Source: Octopus sinensis (Eukaryota). From it: a stretch of DNA of 64,000 nt. The position numbers and the translations under genes are program-made. Positions 52,898 to 64,000 of this stretch are shown piece by piece. Each line of letters opens with the position of its first letter. Within the stretch, counting starts at the first letter, position 1. The notes beneath the pieces are model-generated. The model was not told where the DNA came from, searched no databases, and worked only from the letters and a program-made list of their open reading frames with translations. The DNA lies in the NCBI RefSeq assembly GCF_006345805.1, contig NC_042997.1, positions 111,166,001 to 111,230,000 on the forward strand, given 5' to 3'.

Positions 52898-53292
52898 GTT
52901 TGGTTATGTGGTAAGAAGCTTGCTTCCCAACCACATGCTTCCAGGTTCAGTCCCACTGCGAGGCATGTTCGACAAATGTCTTCTGCTATAATGTCGGACC
53001 GACTAAAGCCTTGTGAGAGGATTTGGTAGACGGAAACTAAAAGAAGCCTGTCGTAAATATATGTATATCTATATATGTCTGTGGGCGTGTTTTTTTGTGT
53101 GTGTGTTTGTCCCCTACATCACTTGACAACCGGTGTTAGTGTGTTTACATCCCCGTAACTTAGACAAATAGAATAAATACGAGGCGAAAAGAAAAGGACT
53201 TGGGACGGTTCGACTTAAATTCTTCACGGTAGTGCCCCAGCATGGTCGCTTCTAATGACTGAAAGAAATAAATGTTAAAAGATAATAAAAGA
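52898..53292 (+). mobile_element. SINE family A (diverged)
   Basis: A/B boxes and body match 23652. Confidence 0.85.
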
Positions 53293-54438
53293 CACATATG
53301 GAGAAGATATTATCGTATTTGATGACATACAAGAAACCCCAGAAATATTAGACGTATACCAATTTCATCAATGCCTGCGTTTAAAAATCATTTTTTTCCT
53401 GAATATCAGGAAAAAGTCTTAAACGCATTAAAACACGTAATATTTGCAGTAACTTGGCATATAGGGTCTAGGGTGATCTTTTTTCATACACTTCTTTGGG
53501 TAAAAAAGGTGCCTCCTGTATGCTATCAAATATAGTCCCCATTTAAAGGGATATTGTATTTGATGGCATATTCAGCCTTGCAGAGATATCAAACTTCAAA
53601 ATGGAAGACCGCAGACGTTTTAAGTATAAATGCACGATTTACTTGAGTGTTCAACAGGGTGTACGTGTTTTTGTGTATGACTGGCTCGCTTTCTCTCTCT
53701 CCGTCTCCCTCTGTCTTTGTCTTTCTCTTTCTCTGTCTTTGTCTCTCTTTCTCTTTCTCTGACTCTCTTTCTCTTTCTCTGTCTCCCTTTCTCTTTCCCT
53801 CTCTCTAATGTCCGACGTCTCAATAGACACACATTAAACGCAGACGATATGAGACAGACGTTCATTGATATGAATGAACAAAAATATGATAGATACGTAT
53901 TGAACGGACGGCCAAGAAGAAGACACTTGCATAAAGAAAATCTGAAAAACAAATAATAAAGGTTTAAAGTTAAGAAGAGCATGGGGTGCAGTTCGTGGGA
54001 AGTTGAACAGTCACAAACTGGAGACGAGAATGCGTTTGGAGATGAATGAATAAGAATGGCGGACATAATGTGGGACAGTGACCGATGGCGGTTGCAAGAG
54101 CGAAAACATCCGATTGTGTCGGGATGGGGGAGGTGTATGTATGTATGTATGTATGTACGTACGTATGCATGTTTGTATATATGTTTATCTTTTATCTTAT
54201 GCAGCGGACTGCGACCATACTGGGGCACTGCCTTGATGAATTGTTTAATGTATTTGTGTACGTGTACGTTTGTGTGAGTATATATATATGCGTGTGTATG
54301 TGCGTGCGTGTATATACATACATACATAAATACATACATACACACATGTACATAAATATACATGCATGTATATATACACGTGTATGTCTGTATACAGAGA
54401 GAGAGAGAGAGAGAAGCAGAGACATAGATAAATAGATG

Positions 54439-54504
<66 letters not shown>

Positions 54505-55688
54505 GTGATAGAGGTAGATAGATAGATAGATAGACCGACAGATAGATAAATGCATACGTGCAGATATGAATATAAATATGCTATCCATATGTATGCATGT
54601 GTGTGAGCATGTATGTTAACCGTAAAAACACGTAATACACACACACACATACATACATACCTACATACAAACATACATACATACATACATACACGCACAC
54701 ACAGGCGCGCGCACACATACTCACACACACACATACATTCACAAATGACCAAACAAAACACAAAACAAATGAATGGAGCGTTTGAAAGGTTTGAGTGAAT
54801 GAGACTTGCATGACATGAAGGGAAATGAAAGCAAAAAAAAGTTTTTATGTATATAAAGACAAAGAAGTTGAGATGTGTGGTGGTGGTGGTGGTGGTGGTG
54901 GTGGTTTCGGTGGTGTTGGTAGCGACGGTGGGGGAAAAAGGTGAATGAGTGGAGAAAGTGGAAGGTTGAAGAAAGAGGGAAACATGAACCAGAAGAAAAA
55001 GAGGAAAACAGTTTTAGGTAATGGTTTCAAAGTTTGGCATTAGGAGGGGTTAATACAATTACATTGACCCCAATTGTTCAACTGATACTTATTTTATCGA
55101 TCCGTGCAGGATGAAAGGCAAAGTTGACCTCGACGGAATTTTAGATCAGAACGTTGAGATAGATTAAATGTTCAGCAAGCAATTCGTTCGGTGTTCTTAC
55201 GACGACTCCACCACCCGAGGCCGCTTTAGGTATTGTAGAAACCGACTCAGAATTGTAAAAATATTTCTGATTTAATTCTTCCTTTTATGGTAACTGTTAC
55301 TACCAGGTTTACGTGTTCATTCAACGACATTGGAGGAAGTCAATAAAATCACACATAAACGCTGCCGTTTATCTGTCTGTCTATATTTCCCCCCTCCTTC
55401 TCTCGCTCTCCATAAGATTCTTTCTCTGTGTATCTCTGCTTGTTAAGAGGCCATGGCATTAACGAGAGCAAATGGTAACGAAAGAACTTTCACAAACCTA
55501 TCTGACGATTAATCAAACAATCAGTTAGTTGATAGGTTAAATAATAAACCAATTGACTGATAATAAAAATAATGAAGTAAAATATGACCAATGTGTATGT
55601 TCATTGGCATAACGATCCTCCCAGATACACCGCAGTTTATGTCCTTTCATATATCTTGGCCGAGCCTCTTTCAACTTACTTTGATATA

Positions 55689-55725
<37 letters not shown>

Positions 55726-55826
55726 TCATCATCATCATCATTTAACGTCCGTTTTTCATGCTAGCATGGGTTGGACGGTTCAACTGGGGTCTGGGAAGCC
55801 AGAAGGCTGCACCAGGCCCGGTCTGA

Positions 55827-55870
<44 letters not shown>

Positions 55871-55992
55871 GTATATATTTAATTAATTCCCACCCCCAAA
55901 AAATGAAGAAAAGCAAAACAAGAAAAAACAATAACGTGAGGATGTGGTACATGCAAAGAATTAATAAGACGCTAGGGGATGGGAATAAAGTG

Positions 55993-56029
55993 TGTTCTAC
56001 TTTTCGAGCAAAGCTCTTCTTCAGAAACA
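55993..56029 (-). ncRNA. Minimal type I hammerhead-like motif
   Basis: TGTTT-CTGAAGA-A-GAGC-ttt-GCTC-GAAA-AG-TA-GAACA. Confidence 0.68.
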
Positions 56030-56109
56030 GGAGACAGGGGAAAGTCCAAGAAAAAGGAAGTCGGGGGAGAAAAATCACCAACAATCCACATGCCATTACA
56101 TTTTGGAGA

Positions 56110-56372
56110 TATTAATATTGTCTTGATAAAGATCAAAGAGGAAAAGGATCCTATCACTTTAAACGGAGTCTGAACAAATTTCTTCAAGGAATACCAGATA
56201 AACCACCTATACCTGGATACAACTCACTCAACAAGAACTCACTACTTGAATGGCCCATAAACAAAACTTGATTTAAACAGGATTTACATAATCCTATCAG
56301 GTGGTGCTATTAAGTTAGACATGGCCTGGACCAATCTTTGGTCGAAACATATCTAAGTTTATCTAAGTATAT
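56110..56372 (+). mobile_element. CR1-group LINE 3' end related to 43299-44440
   Basis: KRSLNKFLQGIPDKPPIPGY....NSLLEW, plus the shared CAGGTGGTGCTATTAAGT 3' UTR and (ATCTAAGT) tail. Confidence 0.8.
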
Positions 56373-57124
56373 CTATATATCTATACGCACACTTTTGTTT
56401 GTGATATAGGGACAAGGCCAGCAGTTTTGAGGAGAAGTTAGTTGATAGCATCGACCCCAAGATTTGACTGGTACTTAATTTTATCGAACACGAATGGATG
56501 AATGGCAAAGTTGATTTGGGTAAGATTAGAACACCGAGTGTAATGAGCACGAGCTGGTTCCACCATGCAGTTTGTCCGACGCAGTAACGAATCTTGCAAT
56601 CCTTGTTTGTCATTAAGGCACAGGGCCAGAAATGTTAGTGGATAGGATATTAGTTGATTACATAAACCTAAGGATTTGGTGGTTTGAGAGGACCCCATGG
56701 TTCCATGGATGGCATCGTGTTCTTTGGCCTGATTTTGTGTCTATTCTTGGATACTCTTCCAAACATTAACCACTTTACAGAGTGCATTGGGGGCCTTTTA
56801 TGTGGCACCAACACCAATTAGGTTGCCATGTACTTTACAAGATTACGATTCCTCTTGGCCCACCTCCCGAGAAAGGTGGTGTTATGTTAGGAGATAAGGG
56901 GGTGAAAGTATGAGAGAAAGGGCCAGAGCAGCACAGGTTTTTTGCTGCAGAGGAACATACCACAGCATATATTATTAAAATATATAGAGGACACCCTCAC
57001 TTCATGTAACCACAATATAACCAACAAAACCCTGATAACAAAAAGATACCTTGGGTCGACATAATCAATTTACTCAACCCACCCACCACCAAGAAATTAC
57101 TGGCCTTGTGCCAAAATTTAAAAC

Positions 57125-57167
<43 letters not shown>

Positions 57168-57196
57168 GTTATTATTATAATTATCATTATTATTTT

Positions 57197-57823
57197 CATT
57201 GCCTTTGCACTGCTTCTAATGCGGGAGATGTACTACAGTGTCAGCTGTTCACTACCAGTGAACTAACATAACACCTCTTATTTTTCAAGCACTTTCCGGA
57301 GAATTCGAGCAGTTCCAAACAGTGCTGTTTTCTGCAAGTGTTCCACCCTTATTGCAGCCCCTATTTGTTCCACGTACTTCTCAAGATTTTTGCTCACTGT
57401 TCCCAGGGCACCAACAATTATTGGTACTACTACCACTTTTTTCATCGACCACACCTGCTTAACTTCCCAAGCTAACCTGTCATATCTCTTGACTTTTCTT
57501 TCATTCTTATTGCATACCTTGTTGTCAGCTGGGCATGCTATGTCTATGATCCAGCATAGTTTGTTTTCTTTCTCAATTAAAACTATATCTGGCTTCCTAT
57601 TCTCTATCTCATGGTTGCACTGAATCATAAAATCCCATAGGATCTTTGCATTTCTATTTTCGACGATGCCTTCAGGTTTATGGTCATACTAATTTTTTGC
57701 TCTGTCAAGTCCATACTTGTTGCAAAGTGTCTGATGGCCAAGCCTGGCTATATTGTCGTGGCATCTCTTATATTTCTTCTGGGCTAGTGGTGTACATTGG
57801 CTGGTAATATGCCATACAGTTTC
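57197..57823 (-). mobile_element. Dong/R4-type RLE non-LTR element, 3' fragment
   Basis: HI.S.C..LA...Y.R.HD, ILWDF.IQ..HEI..RKPDIV......IIDIACP.D and VPIIVGALG; flanked by (TAA/TGA)n. Confidence 0.88.
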
Positions 57824-57905
57824 AATCATCATCATCATCATCATCATCATTATTATTATCATTATTATTATCATCATCATCATTGTCATTATTATTATTA
57901 TTATT

Positions 57906-58463
57906 GAGTGAGAGTGCAGTGTATGCCATCAAAGTGACACTGGGGTAAAATATACAAAGCTCAGTATACCCATCATGACTACCCGTCTGATAAGGGTACA
58001 CCAGGCACATGCATCACAACCATATGTGCACAACATGGTGATCTCATATCAAGATAAACAGCACATGACCTTGCCGGTGGAGCCCAGTTAGAATTTTCTT
58101 CTGGTCGAGTAACCCATCCCGCTCAAAGGGTCCCTGAATAAGGGTTGTTTAAGGATGTTGAATGAAACACCTATGTTTCCAGAGGTGAATTATTCAAACC
58201 TCAAAGTATCCCTCTCAACACATTGCTATGATGCTCCCCCACTACTTCTGCTCGTAATCAGAGATGCACATATCGTCAGCCACTAAGGGACATGCTCAAC
58301 TGGTTAAGGTCAAACAACTGACAAGCAAATCTGTGGTATTAAGCAGAATATTTGCTGTAGCCCATCTTTTATACCAAGACAAAACAATGTACATGATAAC
58401 ACTTCTAATCAGTTAAGATCAGGAGCCATGAGAGCCACTGCCTGGTACTGCATCAGGGTATTT
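57906..58463. mobile_element. Non-coding ~560-bp repeat inserted in (TAA)n (possibly a Dong-dependent passenger)
   Basis: Complex sequence bounded on both sides by (ATT)n, with no ORF. Confidence 0.5.
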
Positions 58464-58494
58464 ATTGCATATTATTATTATTATTATTATTATT

Positions 58495-58593
58495 CAGTAG
58501 TTTTATTTTTATAGCGTGCTTTCACTTCTCAACCATTGCTGGGATTTTTCTTTGTCTATTTCTTTTGCATTTAGTTTAGTCCAGTATTTACCA
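58495..58593 (-). mobile_element. Internally deleted mini-Dong
   Basis: Equals 59302-59335 fused to 60081-60145. Confidence 0.88.
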
Positions 58594-58644
58594 TTATTAT
58601 TATTATTATCATCATTGTCATTATTATTATTATTATTATTATTA

Positions 58645-58683
<39 letters not shown>

Positions 58684-58706
58684 CATCATCATCATCATCA
58701 TTATTA

Positions 58707-58762
<56 letters not shown>

Positions 58763-58763
<1 letters not shown>

Positions 58764-58995
58764 TATGTTTGACTTTTGCTTTATGTCTGTGCAAGTTGGC
58801 TCCAAGTCTCACCCAGAGACCTCAAGTGACAACAGGTTGGAAGTTCACGTTGTTGTTATGCCTAGTGTGCCATATATTTGGGGTTGTTTTTTTTGGTGTT
58901 GTACTAAAAAAAAAAAAGTTTGTTTTAAACCTTGGGATTACATAGAGAGTATTTTGCGCAGGATATGAGCAGTTCCCATATTATTATTATTATTA

Positions 58996-59033
<38 letters not shown>

Positions 59034-59249
59034 TATGTTTGACTTTTGCTTTATGTCTGTGCAAGTTGGCTCCAAGTCTCACCCAGAGACCTCAAGTGAC
59101 AACAGGTTGGAAGTTCACGTTGTTGTTATGCCTAGTGTGCCATATATTTGGGGTTGTTTTTTTTGGTGTTGTACTAAAAAAAAAAAAAGTTTGTTTTAAA
59201 CCTTGGGATTACATAGAGAGTATTTTGCGCAGGATATGAGCAGTTCCCA

Positions 59250-59250
<1 letters not shown>
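58763..59250 (-). mobile_element. Two tandem 217/218-bp Dong-like 3' ends
   Basis: Each encodes MGTAHILRKILSM* plus a 3' UTR; separated by (ATT)n. Confidence 0.85.
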
Positions 59251-59301
<51 letters not shown>

Positions 59302-59304
<3 letters not shown>

Positions 59305-60844
59305 TAGTTTTATTTTTATAGCGTGCTTTCACTTCACTACTGAGCGCAGCTCTGTGTGCCTTGGGTATGTGCTGTGATTTGTTGTGATGCTCTGATGGTT
59401 ATTGTATGGAAAGTGTTCTGCGTAGGATGTGTGCAGTGCCTAGTAGTGCAATTTTCTGTATGTTATATGTGTTTGTAAGTCCTGGTGTTTTTGTTATGTA
59501 TTTGTCTGAACATTTTTTTATCATGCCTAATGCACCTACTATGATAGGAATTGTTTCTGTTTTCAGATTCCACATTCTAGTTACCTCTATTTCCAGGTCT
59601 TTGTATGTTGAGAGTTTCTCCATTTCTTTTAGAGACACGTTGTCATCAGCCGGTATTGATACATCAATTAGAAAGCATTTTTTTTCTTCATGGTCTCTGA
59701 CAACTATATCTGGTCTGTTGGCCTTAATTTCTCTATCTGTGTGTATCGGCATATCCCAGAGTATGGTTGCTTTCTCGTTTTCTGTGACCTTTTCTGGTGT
59801 GTGCCTATACCATCTTTTTTCTGTTGTTATTCCATAATGTTGGCATAGCTTCCAGTGTATGTAGGTTCTAACTCTGTCATGTCTGTGAATATATTCCTTC
59901 TTAGCCAGGACTGGGCAGCCAGAGATAATATGATTTATTGTTTCTTGTCCATCTCCACATATTCTGCAGTTACTTGTAATATTTCTTTTCATTACATGTT
60001 TTTGGTAATTTCTGGTGGGGAGGCTTTGGTCTTGTGCTGCAATTAAAATCCCTCTGTCTCTGCTTTGAGTCCTGAGCTTCTCAACCATTGCTGGGATTTT
60101 TCTTTGTCTATTTCTTTTGCGTTTAGTTTAGTCCAGTATTTACCATGAAGGGGCTTTTCTTGCCATCGTTTTATCATGGTTCGTTGCTGTTCTATTTTTA
60201 GTTTGGATTTCATTTGTTTTATAGCTTTTGTTGTTTCTTCATCTTCTTCTTCTTCTTCATGTTTATTAGGTGGTATGATTTCTTGTTTGTATTTGTCAGC
60301 TTCCTTAAATACTGAGAACAGTTTTTTGTTTTGCTCATGTTTTGCCGCTATCTGTATCAGTTTTCCTTCCTTCTGAAGTAGATATTTTTGCAGTCCTATG
60401 GTGGTTATTTTATAGTAGTTTTCCAGCTGTATAAGGCCTCTACCACCTTCTATATGTTGTATATATAGTCTTTCTATGTCAGATTTTGGGTGATGCATCC
60501 TAGATCATGTCATTATTTTTCTTGTTTTCCTATCTATTTTGGTCAGTTCATTTCGTGTCCAGTTAAGGATATTGTAGCTGTAACTTATAACTGGGACAGC
60601 TAAAGTGTTGATACCTATTATCTTGTTTTTAGCATTGAGCTCTTTGTTTAGTATTGATCTAACTCGTCTATAATATTCTTTTTTTATTTTCTCTTTCATT
60701 TGTGTGTGTTGTGTCTTATCTAGTTCATGGATTCCTAAGTATTTGTAAGTTTGGCTTTGGTCTAATTCTTTTATTTCATTGGTTTTATCTAGTGTGATGT
60801 TGCTACTCTTAACTAGTTTTCCTCTTTTCATGGTTACTTTGGTG

Positions 60845-60846
<2 letters not shown>
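59302..60846 (-). mobile_element. Dong/R4-type RLE non-LTR retrotransposon, 5'-truncated
   Basis: YKYLGI, HPKSDIERLY..R..GGRGL-like, LHGKY, AAQDQ, CRIC....ETINHIISGC (CCHC) and RPDIV...IDVSIP.D...E.EK (PD..D RLE); (TAA)n on both sides. Confidence 0.93.
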
Positions 60847-60893
<47 letters not shown>

Positions 60894-60918
60894 GTTATTA
60901 TTATCATTATCATTATTA

Positions 60919-60951
<33 letters not shown>

Positions 60952-60988
60952 TATTATTATTATTATTATTATTATTATCATTATTCGA

Positions 60989-61200
60989 AGGCAGTGAACT
61001 TGCAGAATTGTTAGCAAGCCTGGCAAAATGTTCAGCGCCATTTCTTCCGTCCTTATGTTCTGAGTTAAAATTCTGCCAAAGTAGACTTCACCTTTCATCC
61101 TTTCTGGATTGATAAAATAAATACCAGTTGAGTACTGGGAGGTCATTGTATTCGATCACCCTCCCCCAAAATTTGTGGCTTTCTGCCAAAATTTGAAACC
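60989..61200 (+). mobile_element. SINE family B-related
   Basis: GGCAGTGAACTTGCAGAA head and CCTTTCATCCTTTC core. Confidence 0.75.
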
Positions 61201-61975
61201 CATAAATAGATTTAGAGTCTTTCTTCGATTTTTTTGTTGTGTCTTTAAATATCCAGATAATGGTCGATTGCTTTTATCAATTTGTGATTGTAGAATTCTT
61301 GTGGAGAGTTGCAGGAATCACCAGACAACATAAATATTATTTCCACTCCACTTGAACACGTGATATCTTTGTTTCCTACTGAGATCTTCAATTAGCATCG
61401 CAAAGCCAAATCTCTGGGACTATGAGTAGATTTTCTTCGTTTTTTACCAATTTATAGTCCTCTTGGGAGAAGAATATCGAGGTTGTTGTTGATAACTGTT
61501 GTTGCAAGACAAAAATGGTCGGCTTTAATAATATGATGCTTCCAATATCATGAATTGGTTACAAGTTGCAGCCTAACCACATAAAAAAAAGAGTTTGTAT
61601 CTTTCAATGTCATTGATTCTGGTCGGACATTGGTTGATGGAATCAGAATAGTAATCATGTTCATAACGATGTTGGTAATTATGATGATTAATTATAATGT
61701 CTAATTAGAATAATTTTATATGTTTCATGTTCTGGTCTTGCTTTATTAAACAAACACGATGTAAAAGAAAGAACCCCTTTAAGCAATTAGGAGACATATA
61801 TAAACATACATGTATATATTGTGTGCGTGTGTGTGTGTGTGTGAATGTATTTGTGTGTGTGTATGTATATATAAATTTAAATAATAAGGGTAAAGATTGA
61901 TATTAATTAGATTGATATCAATTTAAACCAGTGGCCTAGCATATTGAAAAAATCTGAAGATACAGAAAATTATAT

Positions 61976-62180
61976 TACATACATATAAGAGGAATGACCG
62001 CTAGGTGGACTCCTAATATGCTAGATGTAGATGCCATATGGTCTGACCACTAAGAAAAATTGTTCTCAAGGAATTTCGTTAAACGCCAGAATGTAAAGCG
62101 AGCATGACAAATGAAAAGATACAAAATATAATAGCATATTAGGAGTCCACCTAGTGGTCATTCCTCTTATAGGTGTATGT
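61976..62180. repeat. Inverted repeat (~48-bp arms)
   Basis: ATAAGAGGAATGACCGCTAGGTGGACTCCTAATATGCTA and its reverse complement at 62132-62172. Confidence 0.85.
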
Positions 62181-62204
62181 GTGTTGTGTGTGTGTGTGTG
62201 TGTG

Positions 62205-62450
62205 TATCATAATCATCATCATCATCGTCATCGTTTAACATCCGCTTTCCAAGCTAGCATGGGTTGGACGGTTTGACCGGGGTCTGGGAAGCCAGGAGGC
62301 TGCACCAGACTCCAGTCTGATCTGGCAATGTTTCTACAGCTGGATGCCCTTCATGACGCCAACCACTCTGAGAGTGTAGTAGGTGCATTTTACGTGCGAC
62401 CAGCACAGGGGCCAGGGGTGGCTGGCAACGGCCACGATCAGTTGGTGCTT
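62205..62450 (-). mobile_element. RTE-type 3' tail repeat
   Basis: Reverse complement of the 38165-38502 family. Confidence 0.8.
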
Positions 62451-62481
<31 letters not shown>

Positions 62482-62704
62482 GTGTGAAGGGGCATGGCTC
62501 AGTGATTAGAGCATTGAGCTTACGATCATAAGGTTGTGAGTTTGAATCCTAGACCGAGCTGCGTGTTGTGTTCTTGAGCAAGACACTTTATTTCACATTG
62601 CTCCAGTTCACTCAGCCGACAGGAGACGTCGATGTTTCCTAGGACTAAATGGCGGTGGTGCAATTCCCTTACGGGACTGTCACATTGAGTTGACAGTATA
62701 CGAC

Positions 62705-62749
<45 letters not shown>

Positions 62750-62754
<5 letters not shown>

Positions 62755-62982
62755 CTTTATTGCCCACAAGGGGGCTAAACACAGAGGAGACAAACAAGGA
62801 CAGACAAAGGGATTAAGTTGATTACATTGACCCTAGTGTGTAACTGGTACTTATTTAATCGACCCTGGAAGTATGAAAGGCAATATCAACCTCGGTGGAA
62901 TGTGAACTCAGAACGTAATACCAGATGAAATACTGCTAAGCATTTCGCCCAGCGTGCTAACATTTCTGCCAGCTCACCGCCA
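62750..62982 (-). mobile_element. SINE family B, full length, in (TA)n
   Basis: GGCGGTGAGCTGGCAGAA head through to the ...AATAAAGAAAT tail. Confidence 0.88.
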
Positions 62983-63169
62983 TATATATACATATATATA
63001 AATTTATAAATATATATATATGTAAATGCGCGCGCGCACACACACACACATAAATATATATATAAATGGAGAGAGGGAGAGTTATAATTATGTGTGATCA
63101 CATGTGGCTGATTTTATTATGATAAAATTCTGTCTTCCTGTGGCAATTATTCTAGAGTTTCTAGAACAC

Positions 63170-63358
63170 ACGCACGCTTGCACATACAACTCACACACAC
63201 ACATACACACGTGCGTACACGTGCGCGCACGCATACACTACACACACACACACTCGTCTTACACCCACGCGAAACCTTGAACAGACATGTACGTACTCGC
63301 CCAAGAAGACATGTACCCCACAAAAAAAAATATACAAATACATGCGTATGTGTACACA

Positions 63359-63390
<32 letters not shown>

Positions 63391-63785
63391 TGTACACACG
63401 TACACACACACACAGAGGAGCTCACATCAAAGCATGTGCAGTCACTCAACTGAAGAAGAAAGAAATGAACCGACAAATTCCACCATATGTTTGTCTGTAC
63501 AATGTATCACTACATTTGTCATCTCCTCCTCCTCCTCTCACCCTCCTCTTCCTTCTCACCCCCCTCCTTCTCCTCTTCACACCCCTATCTTCCTCCTCTC
63601 CATCCTTCTCTGCTTCTTGGCTTTTTTTTCTTCTCCTTTTCTTCGATTTCTCCTCCTTTTCCTCACCTCCCATTCTCCTCCCTCTTTCCCTCCTCCTCCT
63701 CATCCTTTCCTCTTTTGCCTCCCCCTCCATATCCTCTCCTTATCCTCCCGTCCTTATCTCCTCTTCTCCTCCCGCTCTCTTCTTG
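63170..63785 (+). repeat. (CA)n followed by a CT-rich pyrimidine tract
   Basis: Direct reading. Confidence 0.9.
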
Positions 63786-64000
63786 TATAATGCAAAAAAC
63801 ACTCAAATCTTCCAGAGTACAATTCCGTCAATCCACCAAGCACACACAACATCTGGGTAATGCTGGATTATCCCATATGCCGGTGTATTGAAATTTAGTC
63901 TTCACCATCTCCTTGCAAAACCTTTACCCTTAAGAATACACAATTACATCACTAAGAAAGGGTCGTAAACCTATCTTCAAAGCCCTAAGCTTTTTGATTT

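Noticed and set aside
56318-56358. GACCA-ATCTT-TGGTC-GAAAC resembling a hammerhead 3' half
   Set aside because: There is no CUGANGA; it is better explained as the LINE 3' terminal stem-loop.

Overview
AT-rich eukaryotic intergenic or intronic DNA, dense in microsatellites and almost entirely transposon-derived. The SINE and LINE repertoire resembles octopus or another cephalopod (inference). No intact host gene is evident; there is one candidate terminal exon at 498-688. The window holds four Penelope-like elements (PLEs; RT and/or GIY-YIG, all disrupted), RTE and CR1-type LINE fragments, a cluster of Dong/R4-type RLE elements inside (TAA)n, and many tRNA-derived SINEs. It also holds TTAA-, TA- and 7-bp-TSD MITEs and a composite non-autonomous Helitron locus enclosing a 3.4-kb 13-bp satellite. 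The most notable signal is about a dozen type I hammerhead-ribozyme-like motifs. They include U3-A8 and A6U core variants, long stem II forms and palindromic stem III, and they lie at PLE 3' ends and in short non-coding or foldback elements embedded in (TA)n. Nearly all other ORFs in the track are artefacts of simple repeats. All calls were made by eye, so boundaries are approximate.
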